Assembly: GCA_050945875.1 (NCBI GenBank)
Contig: JBMNTT010000001.1
Coordinates: 94,832-158,831 of the forward strand
Origin: Christensenellales bacterium
GTDB taxonomy: Bacteria > Bacillota > Clostridia > Christensenellales > JBMNTT01
Direction of reading: 5' to 3'
Length of the DNA stretch: 64,000 bases
This document shows positions 62,168-64,000 of the stretch, piece after piece. Under the pieces are notes generated by a model that was not told where the DNA came from, did not search any database, and saw nothing but the letters and a program-made list of their open reading frames with translations. The stretch's first letter is position 1. Every line of letters starts with the position of its first letter. A program made the translations under genes and the position numbers.

Positions 62168-63262
62168 TTGGAATTCATTCAAGATGTACTGGCTGCCATT
62201 GGCGTGGTGCTCAACGGGATTCCGCAGGGCCTGCTGGCGCTCTCCTACGGGTTCGCCTCCGTGCCCACGGCGCTGGGTTTCGCCCTGGGCGCGGTCTCCT
62301 GCGGGGTGCTCGGCTCAGTAGCCCCAATCTCCTTTCAGGCTGAGACCATCGTCATGGCTGGGAGCATGGGCAAAAATCGGCGCGACCGGCTGAGCATGAT
62401 CCTATTCGGCGGGTTGATCATGGTGGTGCTGGGCCTGACCGGCGCGCTGTCGGCCATCACCGATTTCGCCGGGGACGCCATCGTCCACGCGATGATGGCG
62501 GGCGTGGGCTTCGTGCTGGTCAAGACCGCCTTCGGCATGGTCAAGGAAAACCAGCTGGTGGGCTGGATCTCGGTGGCCTCGGCGGTGATCATCTACCTGG
62601 TGACCAAATACCTCGACCCGGCCAACGCGCTGGTGTACACCATCGTCGGCTCGCTGATCATCTCCAGTGTCGCGGCCAAGATCGCCGGGCAGAAGCTGGG
62701 CGACAACGTGATGAGCGAGAAGATGTGCGTGCTCAAGTTGGAGAAGCCCACCGTCAACCTGTCGGTGGTGCGCGGCGCGCTGTCGCTGGCCTGCCTGACC
62801 ATCGGCGCGAACATCGCCTTTGGCAACATCACCAGCGGCATGGGCGGCGGCAACCTGAATGTCGACCACCTGACGGTTTACTCCGGCGCGGCGGACGCGG
62901 TCAGCGCGCTGTTCGGCGGCGGCCCGGTGGAGTCCATCATCTCCGCCACGGGCGCTGCGCCCCACGCGGTGATCTCCGGCGTGATCATGATGGGCATCAT
63001 GGCGCTGATCCTGTTCTTCGGCCTGCTGCCCAAGATCGGCAAATTCGTGCCCAGCCAGTCCATCGCGGGCTTCCTGTTCATCCTGGGCGCTTTTGTCACC
63101 ATCCCGGGCGACGGCGCGGCCGCTTTCGCCACCGCCGAGGCCGGCGGCTCGATCCTCGCGGCGGTCACCATGTCCGTCACCGCGGTGTTCGATCCCTTCT
63201 TCGGCATGCTGGCCGGCATCGTGCTCAAGCTGATCATCGGTTTCACCGGCCTCGTCCTCTAA
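62168..63262 (+). CDS. NCS2/AzgA-like nucleobase permease
   Basis: Highly hydrophobic; PISFQAE and FGGGPVESIISAT; paired with a phosphoribosyltransferase (start may be 62159). Confidence 0.75.
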   Translation: MEFIQDVLAAIGVVLNGIPQGLLALSYGFASVPTALGFALGAVSCGVLGSVAPISFQAETIVMAGSMGKNRRDRLSMILFGGLIMVVLGLTGALSAITDFAGDAIVHAMMAGVGFVLVKTAFGMVKENQLVGWISVASAVIIYLVTKYLDPANALVYTIVGSLIISSVAAKIAGQKLGDNVMSEKMCVLKLEKPTVNLSVVRGALSLACLTIGANIAFGNITSGMGGGNLNVDHLTVYSGAADAVSALFGGGPVESIISATGAAPHAVISGVIMMGIMALILFFGLLPKIGKFVPSQSIAGFLFILGAFVTIPGDGAAAFATAEAGGSILAAVTMSVTAVFDPFFGMLAGIVLKLIIGFTGLVL

Positions 63263-63289
63263 TCATCAACGGAAAGGAAGTCCTTGTCC

Positions 63290-63838
63290 ATGGACGCTTA
63301 CTATACGCTCCAGGTGGCCGGCGTCACCCGCCAGCTGCCCATTATGCAGGTCTCCGACACCCTGGCCATCGCCAGCTTCGTCATCCTGGGCGACTGTGAG
63401 ATCGTCACCCAGGCCGCCCCGCTGATCGAAAAGCGGCTGCCCGAGGTGGATTACATCGTCACCGCCGAGGCCAAGGGGATCCCCCTGGTCAACGAGCTGT
63501 GCCGCCTGCGGGGCCTGCCCTACTACATCGTTGCCCGCAAGAGCATCAAGCCCTACATGAGCCACCCCCTGACTGACGAAGTGGTGTCCATCACCACCCA
63601 GAAGAAGCAGACCCTCTGCCTGGACGGGAAGGACGCCCTGCTTATCAAGGGCAAGCGCGTGGCCATCGTGGACGACGTGATCTCCACCGGCGAATCCCTC
63701 AGCGCCATCGAGCGGCTGGTGGAGAAGGCCGGGGGCGAGATCGTCGCCAAGGCCGCTATCCTGGCCGAGGGCGACGCGGCCAAGCGCGAGGATATCATCT
63801 TCCTGGAAGAGCTCCCCCTGTTCCCTCTGGAGGGCTGA
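63290..63838 (+). CDS. Adenine/purine phosphoribosyltransferase family protein
   Basis: TAEAKGI, ARK, PRPP-binding VAIVDDVISTGES. Confidence 0.88.
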   Translation: MDAYYTLQVAGVTRQLPIMQVSDTLAIASFVILGDCEIVTQAAPLIEKRLPEVDYIVTAEAKGIPLVNELCRLRGLPYYIVARKSIKPYMSHPLTDEVVSITTQKKQTLCLDGKDALLIKGKRVAIVDDVISTGESLSAIERLVEKAGGEIVAKAAILAEGDAAKREDIIFLEELPLFPLEG

Positions 63839-63848
63839 CCCAATGCAC

Positions 63849-63881
63849 AAAAGCGCCGGGGCCATTTGGCCACGGCGCTTT
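63849..63881. terminator. Terminator between convergent genes
   Basis: AAAGCGCCG.GGCCA-tt-TGGCC.CGGCGCTTT. Confidence 0.75.
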
Positions 63882-63882
63882 A

Positions 63883-64000
63883 TTAACGTGTCGAGGGCAG
63901 GGTGACGGTGAAGCAAGCGCCTTGCGCAGGGCCGCTCTTGACGCCGATCCTGCCGCCGTGAGCCTCGACGATGCCCTTGGCGATGGCCAACCCCAGGCCA
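63883..64000 (-). CDS. Sensor histidine kinase, C-terminal end only (partial)
   Basis: Manual translation [38 protein letters not shown] (HATPase G2 box). Confidence 0.88.
   Translation of the reverse strand, partial: GLGLAIAKGIVEAHGGRIGVKSGPAQGACFTVTLPSTR

Overview
GC-rich chromosomal window, most likely from an anaerobic Clostridia-class (Bacillota) bacterium, judged by sigma-A promoters, GGAGG Shine-Dalgarno sites, CtsR boxes, RNase J, DivIVA/SepF and an [FeFe]-hydrogenase. It is mostly housekeeping and metabolic: a MerR/aldo-keto reductase locus, hsp20, eno, rfbA-rfbC, a myo-inositol operon iolJCDEGB with iolR, smpB-ssrA, guaA-purC-carA-carB, rnj-mltG-U32, hflX, the yggS-sepF-ylmH-divIVA cluster, sfsA, tRNA-Pro(GGG) and a purine salvage pair. 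The best candidate for an undescribed system is a seven-gene type IV filament-like operon at 30982-35809. It encodes a transglutaminase-fold lipoprotein, a PilC/GspF platform, four pilin-like proteins with non-canonical N-termini and a PilT-type ATPase as its only motor, with a diguanylate cyclase downstream. Other notable items: a fatty-acyl ligase/ACP/starter-C NRPS cluster cut by the window edge, an in-frame CarB-DapF fusion, a GuaA with a dead glutaminase domain, a JAMM-motif domain on HflX, a riboswitch-like leader on a cation/H+ antiporter gene, and an AT-rich phage-like remnant at the tmRNA 3' end. No CRISPR array, transposase, integrase or reverse transcriptase was seen. All assignments come from motif recognition by eye; no database searches were run.
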